Shown in pieces: positions 7,791 through 17,174 of a DNA stretch of 64,000 nucleotides. The notes under the pieces were generated by a model. The model saw nothing but the letters and a program-made list of their open reading frames with translations. It did not search any database and was not told the origin of the DNA. The number at the start of each line of letters is the position of its first letter. Within the stretch, counting starts at the first letter, position 1. Source of the DNA: Longimicrobiales bacterium (GTDB lineage: Bacteria; Gemmatimonadota; Gemmatimonadetes; Longimicrobiales; Gaopeijiaceae); assembly GCA_965218295.1 (NCBI GenBank), contig CBDCKN010000017.1, positions 70,088 through 134,087 on the forward strand. The letters run 5' to 3'. A program made the position numbers and the translations under genes.

Positions 7791-9629
7791 TCACTCCACC
7801 GTGACCGACTTCGCGAGGTTCCGCGGCTGATCGACGTCGCAGTCGCGTTGGATAGCCGCGTGATAGGCCAGAAGCTGGAGGGGGATGGTGGTGAGCACGG
7901 GCAAAAGGGACGGGACGGTCTGCGGGACCTGGATGAGGTGATCCACCTTGCCGATCAGCTCCGGGGCCTCGTCGCTCACAACCGCGATGATGCGGCCGTT
8001 CCGCGTGCTCACCTCTTCGATGTTCGAGACCACCTTGTCGTACACCGCGTCCCTGGGAGCCAGGATGACCACCGGCATGTTCTCGTCGATGAGGGCGATG
8101 GGCCCGTGCTTCATCTCCGCCGCCGGATAGCCCTCGGCGTGGATGTAGCTCACCTCCTTGAGCTTGAGCGCCCCCTCCAGGGCCACCGGGAATTGGTACC
8201 CCCGTCCCAGGTAGAGGAAGTTCTGGGCATGGGCATCGTCTGCCGCCAGCCCCCTGATCATGGGCTCCAGCTCCAGAGTTTCGGCCACCTGCTCAGGCAA
8301 CCGCTGAAGGGCGGCCACCATCTCCCGACCCTGTACGTTGGAGAGGCTCCGCCGGCGACCCAGGTAGAGTGTGAACAGCGCCAGGGCCACGATCTGGCTG
8401 GTGAACGCCTTGGTGGAGGCGACGCCGATCTCCGGGCCGGCGTGAAGGTAGATGCCGAAGTCGGTCTCACGGGCGATGGTAGAGCCGACCACGTTCACGA
8501 TCCCCATGGTGGGCGCGCCCCTGCCCCGCGCCTCCCTGAGCGCGGCCAGCGTGTCGGCGGTCTCGCCGGACTGGCTGATGGCCAGGACGAGCGTCCCGGG
8601 CTCGATGACCGGGCTCCGGTATCGGAACTCGGAAGCGTACTCCACCTCCACCGGGACCCCGGCCAGCTCCTCCAGCATGTACTCGCCGATGAGGGCCGCA
8701 TGCCAGCTCGTTCCGCAAGCCGTGATCACGATGCGTTTGACCCGAGAGATCTCCTCGTCCGTGAGCGTGATCCCGCCCAACCGCGCGGCTCCCTCCTCTT
8801 CGAGGAGGCGGCCCCGCATGACGTCGCGCAGGCTGGTGGGCTGCTCGCAGATCTCCTTCAGCATGAAGTGGTCGTACTCGCCCTTTTCGGCGGCTTCCAG
8901 ATCCCATTCGACGCGGTGGATGGAGCGTCGGACCTCACCGAGCTCAAGGTGGAAGACGCGGTATCCGTCGCTCGTGAGCACGGCACAGTCACCGTCGTCC
9001 AGATAGACGACATCCTTGGTGTGTTGGATCACCGCCGACGCGTCGGAGCCCGCCAGGTTCTCGCCATTCTTGCCGATGCCCACGAGAAGGGGACTCCCGT
9101 TCCGCGCGACCACGATCTTCCCCGGATCCCGACTGCTGATGACCGCGATTCCGTAGGCCCCCTCGACCTGATGGAGGGCGGCCACAACGGCGTCCTCCAG
9201 GGTCGGGTTCTCACGAAACGCCTCATCGATGAGATGCACCACGGCCTCGGTGTCGGTTTCGGTCTCGAACTTGTACCCCAGGTCGGTGAGCTTCCGGCGC
9301 AGGAGGTCCGCGTTCTCGACGATCCCGTTATGGACCATGGCGATGTCGCCGGCATGGCTCCAGTGGGGATGGGCGTTTTGTCGGTTGGGGGCGCCGTGGG
9401 TGGCCCAACGGGTGTGGGCGATGCCACAGGTTCCCGGCGGCATCTCGACCTCCAGGATACGCTCGAGCTCCCTGAGCTTCCCGGCCCGCTTCACCGCGCG
9501 CAGGCACCCGTCGGCTCCCAGGATCGCCAGGCCCGCCGAATCGTACCCGCGATACTCGAGGCGGCGCAGACCCTCCAAGAGGATCGGCCCCGCTTCCTTG
9601 GAGCCCACGTATCCGACGATTCCGCACAT
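7791..9629 (-). CDS. glmS: glutamine--fructose-6-phosphate aminotransferase
   Basis: MCGIVGY N-terminal nucleophile Cys, two SIS domains, C-terminal PRNLAKSVTVE, 612 aa. Confidence 0.97.
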   Translation of the reverse strand: MCGIVGYVGSKEAGPILLEGLRRLEYRGYDSAGLAILGADGCLRAVKRAGKLRELERILEVEMPPGTCGIAHTRWATHGAPNRQNAHPHWSHAGDIAMVHNGIVENADLLRRKLTDLGYKFETETDTEAVVHLIDEAFRENPTLEDAVVAALHQVEGAYGIAVISSRDPGKIVVARNGSPLLVGIGKNGENLAGSDASAVIQHTKDVVYLDDGDCAVLTSDGYRVFHLELGEVRRSIHRVEWDLEAAEKGEYDHFMLKEICEQPTSLRDVMRGRLLEEEGAARLGGITLTDEEISRVKRIVITACGTSWHAALIGEYMLEELAGVPVEVEYASEFRYRSPVIEPGTLVLAISQSGETADTLAALREARGRGAPTMGIVNVVGSTIARETDFGIYLHAGPEIGVASTKAFTSQIVALALFTLYLGRRRSLSNVQGREMVAALQRLPEQVAETLELEPMIRGLAADDAHAQNFLYLGRGYQFPVALEGALKLKEVSYIHAEGYPAAEMKHGPIALIDENMPVVILAPRDAVYDKVVSNIEEVSTRNGRIIAVVSDEAPELIGKVDHLIQVPQTVPSLLPVLTTIPLQLLAYHAAIQRDCDVDQPRNLAKSVTVE

Positions 9630-9672
9630 GTCCGGCTTCCTTAGCAGCCTGTTGGAGATATGGAACGGACCA

Positions 9673-11058
9673 CTAGATCACTCCTTCGAGAACCCGTGCC
9701 GCACGCTCGATCAGCTCCTCCGCGTTACTGCGGTCCGGCGCCTCCGCTATGAGTCGCACCACCAGCTCGGTCCCCGACGGCCGGACGTGCAGCCATGATC
9801 GGCGTCCGGACCAGCTCAGCCGAAGGCCGTCGGATCGGTCGGCCCCGTCACCGTCCAGATCCTCCTCCAGCGCACCATACGCGTCGGCAAGAGACTCCCG
9901 GGGGAAGCTGACCTTCCTCTTGACGATGGCGTACGTGGGCCACCGGCCGGCAGCTTCCGAGAGTGAGGAGCCTTCGTCTACCAGATGTTGCAAGATAAGT
10001 GCCGCGGCCACGGCCGCATCCCGGGTGTGGTGAAGCTCGGGGAGAATGACGCCCCCGTTGCCTTCCCCCCCTACGACGGCTCCCTCGGCCTGCATGCGGC
10101 GAACCACGTTGATCTCGCCCACGGGAGCCCGAACGACGGTGCTCTGGTGGGCGCCCGCCACGTCGTCCACGGCCTGGCTGGTGGAGAGGTTCGTGACCAC
10201 GGTTCCGGGTGTTCGGCGCAGGACGACGGCTGCGGCAAGGGCCAGGGTCAGATCTTCACCCAGCGCCTCTCCCCTCTCGTTCACGAGTGAGAGCCGGTCC
10301 ACATCCGGATCTACGGCCAAGCCGAGATCCGCCCCCTCACTTCGAACGAGGTCTCCCAGATCCTCGAGGTTTTCCGCCGTCGGCTCCGGATCTCTCGGAA
10401 AATGGCCATCCATCTCGGCGTTGATCGCCACGACCCGACAGCCGAGAGCCTCGAGAAGAGGGGGCATGACCGTCGCTCCCGCGCCGCGGACGCAGTCGAG
10501 CGCCACCGTGAGGTTCCGGCTGCGGATGGCGTCCCCGTCGAGCTGCGGCAGGGCCAAGACAGCTCGGAGATGACGCTCGGAAGCGCCGCCGTCTTCACGC
10601 AGCGCACCGAGCTCGTCCCATTTTGCCCTGGGGATCTCCTCCCCCAGAGCGAAGTCGAGGAAGGCCTCCATGGTCTCCGCGTCGAGGAAGGTGCCCCCTG
10701 GGGCCGCGAACTTCAGTGCGTTCCACTCGGCGGGGTTGTGGCTGGCCGTGACCTCGATGCCTCCGGCGGCTTCCCCCCTTCCGACCTCCAGCATGAGCGT
10801 CGGCGTTGCCACGATGCCGAGGTCCACCACGTCACAACCCACCGAGACCAGGCCCGAAGCCGCCGCACTGGCCAGCATGCCTCCGGACGTCCGAGTGTCA
10901 CGCCCGATGAGGACCGCGCCCTCGTCACCCGACCTGTCAAGGAATGCTCCAAACGCGGCGGCAAGGGCGCAGACGAGGTCCGGCGTCAACGGATCGCCGA
11001 CCCGCCCGCGAAACCCGGAGACGCTCACCACCAGCCCATCTGGAATCGTCAGGGGCAT
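9673..11058 (-). CDS. phosphoglucosamine mutase / phosphomannomutase family protein
   Basis: Active-site TASHNPAEWNALKF, Mg-binding loop AVDPDVDR, four-domain length of 461 aa. Lies directly upstream of glmS, which favours a GlmM-like role. Confidence 0.82.
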   Translation of the reverse strand: MPLTIPDGLVVSVSGFRGRVGDPLTPDLVCALAAAFGAFLDRSGDEGAVLIGRDTRTSGGMLASAAASGLVSVGCDVVDLGIVATPTLMLEVGRGEAAGGIEVTASHNPAEWNALKFAAPGGTFLDAETMEAFLDFALGEEIPRAKWDELGALREDGGASERHLRAVLALPQLDGDAIRSRNLTVALDCVRGAGATVMPPLLEALGCRVVAINAEMDGHFPRDPEPTAENLEDLGDLVRSEGADLGLAVDPDVDRLSLVNERGEALGEDLTLALAAAVVLRRTPGTVVTNLSTSQAVDDVAGAHQSTVVRAPVGEINVVRRMQAEGAVVGGEGNGGVILPELHHTRDAAVAAALILQHLVDEGSSLSEAAGRWPTYAIVKRKVSFPRESLADAYGALEEDLDGDGADRSDGLRLSWSGRRSWLHVRPSGTELVVRLIAEAPDRSNAEELIERAARVLEGVI

Positions 11059-11269
11059 GAGCCACCTAGCGTAGATACCGAAGACGTAGAGCCCGCTCCT
11101 AGACTATCGAGATTTCCATGAGGACCGTCAACGATGGGTGGTGGCACAGCCTACAGGGGGTCGGGTACATTCCGGCCATTCTCGGGTGCCCCTCGCCGCC
11201 GGCTCCATTGCGGCCTCGGATGGGGCGCCCGACATCGGCTCATCTGAGATCACCGATCGCGAGGAGTGA

Positions 11270-12430
11270 ATGACGAGGACATCGTGGGACGGAGCCCGAT
11301 TCGGGACGCTCGCCGTCCATGCCGGACAGGAGCCTGAGCCCGAAACCGGAGCCATCATGCCTCCGATCTTTCAGACCTCGACGTACGTCCAGCCCGACGT
11401 CGCCAAGCCCAAGAAGGGGTACGACTACGCCAGGGTCAAGAACCCCACCCGAGAGGCCCTCGAAGGAAACGTGGCCGCTCTGGAGGGGGGGAAGCACGGA
11501 ATAGCGTTCGCCAGCGGACTCGCCGCCATCGAGGCCGTGGTCAAGCGCCTCTCGGCCGGGGATCACATCGTCAGCGAGGAGAACACATGCGGGGGAGTGA
11601 CGCGCATGTTCACCCGCGTCCTTGAGAAGCTGGGTCTGGAGTTCTCCTTCGTCGACACCCGTGACCCCAACCGCATCTGCGGGGCCATGCAGCCGAACAC
11701 CCGGCTCGTGCACGTGGAGACGCCCACCAACCCCCTCATGTGCATCTGCGACATCCAGGCCGCAGCCGACATCGCCCATGACGGCGGCGCCCTCCTCATG
11801 GTGGACAATACCTTCGCATCGCCCTTCAACCAGCGTCCCCTCGAGCTGGGTGCCGATGTCACGGTTCACTCGTCCACGAAGTATCTGAACGGCCACTCGG
11901 ACATCATCGGTGGAATCCTGGTGGTGAACGACGACGAGCTCGCGGAGGAGATCCACTTCGTAAGGAAATCGTCGGGCGCCGTCCCCGGGCCCATGGATGC
12001 CTGGCTCTGCCTCAGGGGCACGAAGACGCTCCACGTCCGAATGGCACGGCACAACGAGAACGGGTTAGCGGTGGCGCGCTACCTCGTGGAACACCCCGCG
12101 GTGAGCCGTGTCGTCTATCCGGGTCTGGACTCCCATCCACAGCACGAGCTCGCGAGCCGGCAGATGTCGGGCTTCACGGGGATGGTGACCCTGGACCTGG
12201 GCGATCCCGATCGAGCCAGGGCCGTAGCCACTCGAACTCGAGTGTTCCAGCTCGCCGAAAGCCTCGGGGGCGTGGAATCCCTTGTGAGCATCCCGGCGCT
12301 GCAGACTCACGCCTCGGTGCCGAGGGATCTCCGGGAAGCCATGGGAGTCACGGAAGGGCTGGTACGGCTCTCGGTGGGCATCGAAGATCTGGAGGATCTG
12401 CTGGAAGATCTGGATCAGGCCCTGGCCTGA
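11270..12430 (+). CDS. Cys/Met-metabolism PLP-dependent enzyme (cystathionine gamma-synthase / beta-lyase family)
   Basis: GTLAVHAGQ, PPIFQTSTY, and the PLP-lysine motif STKYLNGHSD. 386 aa. Confidence 0.87.
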   Translation: MTRTSWDGARFGTLAVHAGQEPEPETGAIMPPIFQTSTYVQPDVAKPKKGYDYARVKNPTREALEGNVAALEGGKHGIAFASGLAAIEAVVKRLSAGDHIVSEENTCGGVTRMFTRVLEKLGLEFSFVDTRDPNRICGAMQPNTRLVHVETPTNPLMCICDIQAAADIAHDGGALLMVDNTFASPFNQRPLELGADVTVHSSTKYLNGHSDIIGGILVVNDDELAEEIHFVRKSSGAVPGPMDAWLCLRGTKTLHVRMARHNENGLAVARYLVEHPAVSRVVYPGLDSHPQHELASRQMSGFTGMVTLDLGDPDRARAVATRTRVFQLAESLGGVESLVSIPALQTHASVPRDLREAMGVTEGLVRLSVGIEDLEDLLEDLDQALA

Positions 12431-12515
12431 AACTTCTCCCGGGGGAGCCGCGTACAGCCGATAAGAGTGCGGCGGCCCCAGCGGTAGCCGCCAGGACACA
12501 AGGAGATAGACAGCC

Positions 12516-13535
12516 ATGGCTGATGAGAACGACCAAAACAACGGGAACGGCGAGAACGGCAGCGACGAGCAGGACTCACGTGCGCGGCGCATCCTGACCG
12601 ACATCGCGCCCCGAGCCTGGGAGCACCCGGCGGACCGGGCGGCCTTGGCGGCCCTCCGGAAAATCCCCGTCTTCGACGACATACTCCGGAAGCTCTTCGG
12701 GTTCTTCGGGGAGAAGCCTATTCGCCTGGCGTTCCTGGCGAACTCGGTACGGATCTCCGACCGGCAGTTCCCGAGAGTCAAGAGCCTGTACGAGGACGTT
12801 CTCCAGACCCTGGACGCCCCCGAGGAGTATCCCCTCTTCGTCTCCCAGACGCCCATCGTGAACGCCGGCGCGTATGGGATGGACGAGCCTTTCATCATCC
12901 TGAATTCCGGGACCGTCAAGCTCCTGGACGACGAGCAGCTGTCGTACGTCATGGGCCACGAGCTGGGCCACATCATGAGCGACCACGTCCTCTACCGGAC
13001 GATGACGGTGCTCCTGATCCAGCTCGCCGGGATGGGCTTCCCCATCGTCGGTCTGGCCGCACGGGCCATCCTAGTGGCACTCCTGGAGTGGTCGCGGAAG
13101 AGCGAGCTCTCCAGTGACCGGGCCGGTCTCCTGTCCGTACAGGACCCCCAGCGGGTGATGAATACTATGCTCAAAATGGCGGGCGGTGGTGATGATGACG
13201 AGATGAATCTCGACGAGTTCATCATCCAGGCCGAGGAGTACCGGGAGTCGGGGGACGTGGCCGACCAGGTGTTCAAGGTGCTGAACCTGATGGGCCAGAG
13301 CCATCCCTTCTACGTGCTGCGCGTCGCCGAGATTCGCTCGTGGATCGAAGAAGGCGAGTACGACCGCATCCTCCGGGGCGAGTACCAGCATCGCGGTGAG
13401 CCGGACCCGGCCTACAACGAGGATCTCCAGGATGCCGCCCAGGCGTATGCACAGGGCGCCAAAGATCTCTTCGGCCAGATGGCGGGGGCCGCCAAACGCA
13501 TGGCCGACGACATCATGGGAGCGGCCAAGCGGTAA
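12516..13535 (+). CDS. M48-family zinc metallopeptidase
   Basis: HELGHIMSDH (HExxH) followed by a hydrophobic segment and a downstream E. AAGGAGA Shine-Dalgarno 7 nt upstream of the ATG. Confidence 0.75.
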   Translation: MADENDQNNGNGENGSDEQDSRARRILTDIAPRAWEHPADRAALAALRKIPVFDDILRKLFGFFGEKPIRLAFLANSVRISDRQFPRVKSLYEDVLQTLDAPEEYPLFVSQTPIVNAGAYGMDEPFIILNSGTVKLLDDEQLSYVMGHELGHIMSDHVLYRTMTVLLIQLAGMGFPIVGLAARAILVALLEWSRKSELSSDRAGLLSVQDPQRVMNTMLKMAGGGDDDEMNLDEFIIQAEEYRESGDVADQVFKVLNLMGQSHPFYVLRVAEIRSWIEEGEYDRILRGEYQHRGEPDPAYNEDLQDAAQAYAQGAKDLFGQMAGAAKRMADDIMGAAKR

Positions 13536-13553
13536 CGGATCACCTAGCCTCCC

Positions 13554-14846
13554 ATGCGCATCCTCATCGTTGGAAACGGGGGTCGGGAGCACACCCTGGC
13601 CTGGAAGCTCCGCCGGGACGCACCCGGCGCGACCCTTTTCGTCACACAGCCAAACGGGGGCATGGCCGGCTCGGTCGAGACCCTAGAGATCACCGCCGGA
13701 GACGTGGAGGCCCTGGCGGGCTGGGCGCAGGCTCAGCGGATCGACCTGACTGTCATCGGACCGGAGGCACCGTTGGCCGCCGGCCTCGCGGACCGCCTCC
13801 ATCGCAATGGCGTGCCCGTGTTCGGGCCGACCAAGGCCGCCGCGCGCATCGAGTCGAGCAAGGCATACGCCAAGGAGCTCATGGAGCGGGCCGGCGTCCC
13901 CACGGCGGGCTTCGCTGCGTTCAGTGACCCGGGAGAGGCCGCGGACTACGTGAAGGAAGGCGGTGCCCGCGTGGTCGTGAAGGCCTCCGGCTTGGCCGCG
14001 GGAAAGGGTGCCGTCGTCTGCGAGACCGTCGACGACGCCCTCGAGACCCTCGAGCGTATAATGACGGACCGGGTCTTCGGCGAGGCGGGCCGGGAGGTGG
14101 TCGTCGAGGAGTTCATGTACGGGGAGGAGCTCTCGGTTTTCGCCCTGGCCGACGGTCGGGACGCCCTGCTGATGCTTCCGTCCCAAGACCACAAGCGGGT
14201 CGGCGAGGGGGACACGGGACCCAACACGGGGGGCATGGGTGCGTACGCCCCGGTGTCCCTGTCGACCCCCGAGCTCCTGTCCGACATCCTGGACCGCATC
14301 ATCCGGCCGACCCTGGCAGCCCTGGCGGAAGACGACTCTGAGTTCCGGGGACTGCTCTACGCCGGCCTCATGCTCACCGAAGAGGGCCCCCGCGTCGTGG
14401 AGTTCAACTGCCGCTTCGGAGACCCCGAGACACAGGTGGTGCTGCCGCTCCTCGAGTCCTCGCTCCTGGATCCCATGTTGGAGGTGGCCCGGGGAGAACG
14501 GCTGGGTGGTGCCGCCTTGGAGTGGAGTGGTGGGGCGGCCCTCACCACGGTCGTGGCCTCGGAGGGATATCCCGGCGACTACGGGAAGGGCCGATCCATC
14601 GAGATACCGGACCGACTGAATTCGGATCCCGACGTCCTTCTCTTCCACGCGGGCACCAGGCTAGGCTCGGACGGCCTCGAGACCTCCGGGGGACGGGTGA
14701 TCGCCGCCACCGGCCTAGGCTCAACCCTCAGCCAGGCCGCCGCCAAGAGCCGGAAAGCGGCCGCGGCCATCGAGTTCGAGGGGAAGCAGTTCCGCACGGA
14801 CATCGGGTGGAGGGAGTTCGCCCGATCCGAGCGAGAACGACCCTAG
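13554..14846 (+). CDS. purD: phosphoribosylamine--glycine ligase
   Basis: MRILIVGNGGREHTLAWKL N-terminus, ATP-grasp core, 430 aa. Confidence 0.96.
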   Translation: MRILIVGNGGREHTLAWKLRRDAPGATLFVTQPNGGMAGSVETLEITAGDVEALAGWAQAQRIDLTVIGPEAPLAAGLADRLHRNGVPVFGPTKAAARIESSKAYAKELMERAGVPTAGFAAFSDPGEAADYVKEGGARVVVKASGLAAGKGAVVCETVDDALETLERIMTDRVFGEAGREVVVEEFMYGEELSVFALADGRDALLMLPSQDHKRVGEGDTGPNTGGMGAYAPVSLSTPELLSDILDRIIRPTLAALAEDDSEFRGLLYAGLMLTEEGPRVVEFNCRFGDPETQVVLPLLESSLLDPMLEVARGERLGGAALEWSGGAALTTVVASEGYPGDYGKGRSIEIPDRLNSDPDVLLFHAGTRLGSDGLETSGGRVIAATGLGSTLSQAAAKSRKAAAAIEFEGKQFRTDIGWREFARSERERP

Positions 14847-14865
14847 GCTCCCGGACGTCCATCCC

Positions 14866-15699
14866 ATGCCGGAACTCCCAGAGGTCGAGACCATCGTCCG
14901 CGGCCTCCGGCCGAACCTGGTGGACCGCTCGGTCCGTCGCGTCCGCGTCCTGCAGCCCGATGTCCTGCGCCAGCCTCCACGGAGCTTTTCTGCCGGACTG
15001 AGAGGAAGGATCGTGAAGTCCGTCTCGCGCCGCGGGAAGAACATCGTGGTCGGGCTCACGGGAGACGCCGTTCTCGTCGTGAACCTGGGCATGACAGGCC
15101 GCCTTCTCCTTGCCGGTCCCACCGCCCAGGCGACACATCCGGCGGTTCGCTTCACACTGGACGAGGGACCGGCCCTCGTCTTCGACGACGCACGCCGCTT
15201 CGGAGCCTTGGAGGTGCTTACGGCCGTCGACTGGCACCGCCGATCTGGAAGCCTTGGGCCCGAGCCCCTTTCGGCCACCTATACTGCAGCGCGGCTCCAC
15301 GCCGACCTCTCGCGATCGTCTTCACCAGTCCGATCGTGGCTGTTGGACCAGCGTCGAGTAGCGGGGGTAGGGAATATCTACGCCAACGAGGCTTTACACC
15401 TGGCCGGTATTCATCCGCGCCGTCCCGCCAGGTCCGTGAGCGAGACCGAGGCCCGAGCCCTCCATCGCGCCATACGGAGGGTCCTACGCCAAGCAATTCG
15501 GAATCGCGGTACCACGCTACGGGACTATAGAGACGCCTCGGGCGCGCCCGGCGAGAACGCCGTGGCGCTGCGGGTCTACGCCCGGGCCGGTGAGCCGTGC
15601 CTTCGCTGCTCCACAGGGATTTGTCGATTGGTCTTCGGGAATCGCTCAGCCTTTTTCTGCCCGCGCTGTCAGCCGGAGACGGCGGGGCGCCGCGCGTGA
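14866..15699 (+). CDS. mutM: formamidopyrimidine-DNA glycosylase
   Basis: MPELPEVE catalytic N-terminus, H2TH region, C-terminal zinc finger CLRCSTGICRLVFGNRSAFFCPRC. Confidence 0.94.
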   Translation: MPELPEVETIVRGLRPNLVDRSVRRVRVLQPDVLRQPPRSFSAGLRGRIVKSVSRRGKNIVVGLTGDAVLVVNLGMTGRLLLAGPTAQATHPAVRFTLDEGPALVFDDARRFGALEVLTAVDWHRRSGSLGPEPLSATYTAARLHADLSRSSSPVRSWLLDQRRVAGVGNIYANEALHLAGIHPRRPARSVSETEARALHRAIRRVLRQAIRNRGTTLRDYRDASGAPGENAVALRVYARAGEPCLRCSTGICRLVFGNRSAFFCPRCQPETAGRRA

Positions 15700-15770
15700 G
15701 ACGGTCCTGGTGGCGCAACGCACCGTCGAGCCGGAGCTCGGCCCTGGGCTGCGCTCTCCACGGCCGGCCC

Positions 15771-16144
15771 ATGTCCCTCTGGTGGATCCCAGCGCTCGTC
15801 TCCATGCTGGCGGGAGGTTTCGCTTCACCTGGGGCCCGGACGAGGCCAACGCTCAGACGGCGACCGGGGTCAACCTCCCCGTCGTCGAGCACGAGCTCGC
15901 CAACGGCATGCGCTTCCTGGTGCTGCCCCGCCGGGGGGCTCCCACCACCTCCTTCGTCGTGCAGTACCGCGTGGGGGGCGTGAACGAGGTCCCCGGCACG
16001 ACCGGCATGGTCCATCTCCTGGAGCATCTCCTCTTCAAGGCACCAGCACACCGGGCACCCACGACGTGGAGGCGGAGCGAGGGCGTCTCGGGTGACGGCG
16101 ACGCCTCTAGAGGCCTGTTGAAGGAGTACAGCGGGTCGCGTTAG
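15771..16144 (+). pseudogene. decayed N-terminal fragment of an M16 (pitrilysin/insulinase) zinc peptidase
   Basis: Signal peptide MSLWWIPALVSMLAGGFAS is in one frame. The mature part LPVVEHELANGMRFLVL...GMVHLLEHLLFK (HxxEH at 16013..16027) is in a second frame. The expected continuation GTSTPGTHDVEAE is in a third frame and stops at 16093..16095. Only about 110 of the expected 400+ residues remain, and the tail of the open frame is encoded by the repeat element. Confidence 0.7.
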
Positions 16145-16384
16145 GAGCGCCGAGGGTCCAGCGCGTAGGCGGCGCGACGACGCGATGCTGTAGTATCGGG
16201 GAGGAGCGCCAACACCCGCGATGGGCCCTCGCCGCCCTAACCCGAAGGGCACAGGAGGGTTGCGGTCTCATAGGTCGTCTCTCCTCCTCGCCGTAGCCCT
16301 GCTACGACTCGTCGTCGTTCCTACTCTGAGCCTCGCAAGACCCCTGTGCGCGACCCACTGTACTCCTTCAACAGGCCTCGAGAG
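16105..16384. repeat. palindromic MITE-like element (two inverted arms of a local repeat family)
   Basis: 31-nt termini GAGGCCTGTTGAAGGAGTACAGCGGGTCGCG (16110..16140) and the reverse complement at 16349..16379 with one C/T mismatch. This extends to 36 nt with 2 mismatches. The interior arms are diverged inverted copies that share GTAGG, CGACGACG, GTAG and GAGGAG blocks. No credible ORF. Confidence 0.85.
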
Positions 16385-16389
16385 AGGGA

Positions 16390-17118
16390 TCAGAGACGGA
16401 CGCCGACGTGGATGGCGGCGATCCCGCCGGTCAGGAACCTCCACTCCACATCCCCGAACCCGGACTCGCGGAGTAGGGCGGCGAGCTCATCGGGCCCAGG
16501 AAACTCCTTCACGGACTCGGGGAGATACGTGTAGGCCCATGGGTGACCCGAGACCACACGCCCCACCATCGGTAGAATCCTGTAAAAGTAGAAGTGGTAC
16601 AGGCGACGCAGGAGCGGGTTCGGTGGGTCGGTGAACTCCAAGATCACGAGGCGGGCGCCCGGGCGCAGGACCCGGGCCAGATCACCGAACCCGACCCGCA
16701 GGTCCGAGAGGTTTCGGACACCGAAGCCGACGGTCCCACCGTCGAAGGAGGCATCCGGGAAGGGCAGTCGGAGCGAGTCGCCGCACACGGGCTGCACCGA
16801 GTCACGGAGCTTGCCACGACCCTCCACAAGCATGGGGAACGCGAAGTCGGTCGCGACGACGGCCCCACGGAAGCCCGGCTGACGGGCCAGCTCGAGGCTC
16901 AGATCGAAAGTCCCGGCGCAGGCATCCAGGAACCGTCCGTCCGAGTGATCCCTCCAACCGAGGAGTTCTACGGCCTGCCGCCTCCAACGTCGATCGATGT
17001 TGAGGCTGAGGACATGGTTCAGGAGATCGTAGCGCGGTGCGATCTCGGAGAAGAGAGTCCGGACCTGGTCGGCTCTGCCCGCGCCGCGAGACGGCCTGGC
17101 TTCGGGGATTGTCGCCAT
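16390..17118 (-). CDS. ubiE: demethylmenaquinone / ubiquinone C-methyltransferase
   Basis: FSEIAPRYDLLNHVLSLNIDRRWRR signature, SAM-binding LDACAGT, 242 aa. Confidence 0.92.
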   Translation of the reverse strand: MATIPEARPSRGAGRADQVRTLFSEIAPRYDLLNHVLSLNIDRRWRRQAVELLGWRDHSDGRFLDACAGTFDLSLELARQPGFRGAVVATDFAFPMLVEGRGKLRDSVQPVCGDSLRLPFPDASFDGGTVGFGVRNLSDLRVGFGDLARVLRPGARLVILEFTDPPNPLLRRLYHFYFYRILPMVGRVVSGHPWAYTYLPESVKEFPGPDELAALLRESGFGDVEWRFLTGGIAAIHVGVRL

Positions 17119-17174
17119 CTAATCGGCGTTTTTGTTAGTTTTTTTGACCCATACGAGTGGTCAGCCGCGTACCC

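Noticed and set aside
6912-9644. A 910-aa ORF on the plus strand, the longest uninterrupted ORF in this part of the window.
   Set aside because: It runs antisense to maf, dtd and glmS, all of which have unmistakable motifs on the minus strand. Its translation is Arg/Gly/Pro/His-rich low-complexity sequence, typical of stop-free antisense frames in high-GC DNA.
9630-9672. A glmS ribozyme upstream of glmS.
   Set aside because: Only 43 nt separate glmS from the upstream mutase gene. That is far too short for the ~170-nt ribozyme, and the genes look co-transcribed.
11059-11269. A possible SAM riboswitch in the 210-nt leader of the Cys/Met PLP enzyme gene. Some GC-rich pairings are present, for example GGGTGCCCC...GGGGCGCCC.
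   Set aside because: I could not find the conserved cores of SAM-I (GGCAACC, AGATGAG closing helix), SAM-II/V or SAM-IV. The region is also a divergent promoter. An Rfam scan would settle it.
16139-16251. Integron attC-like core sites (GTTAGGA ... CCCTAAC) inside the repeat element, and GTTAGGA / GTTAGGG in the 21656 copy.
   Set aside because: The order and orientation are wrong for R-double-prime (RYYYAAC) ... R-prime (GTTRRRY) on one strand. There is no integrase or cassette-like ORF organisation nearby.
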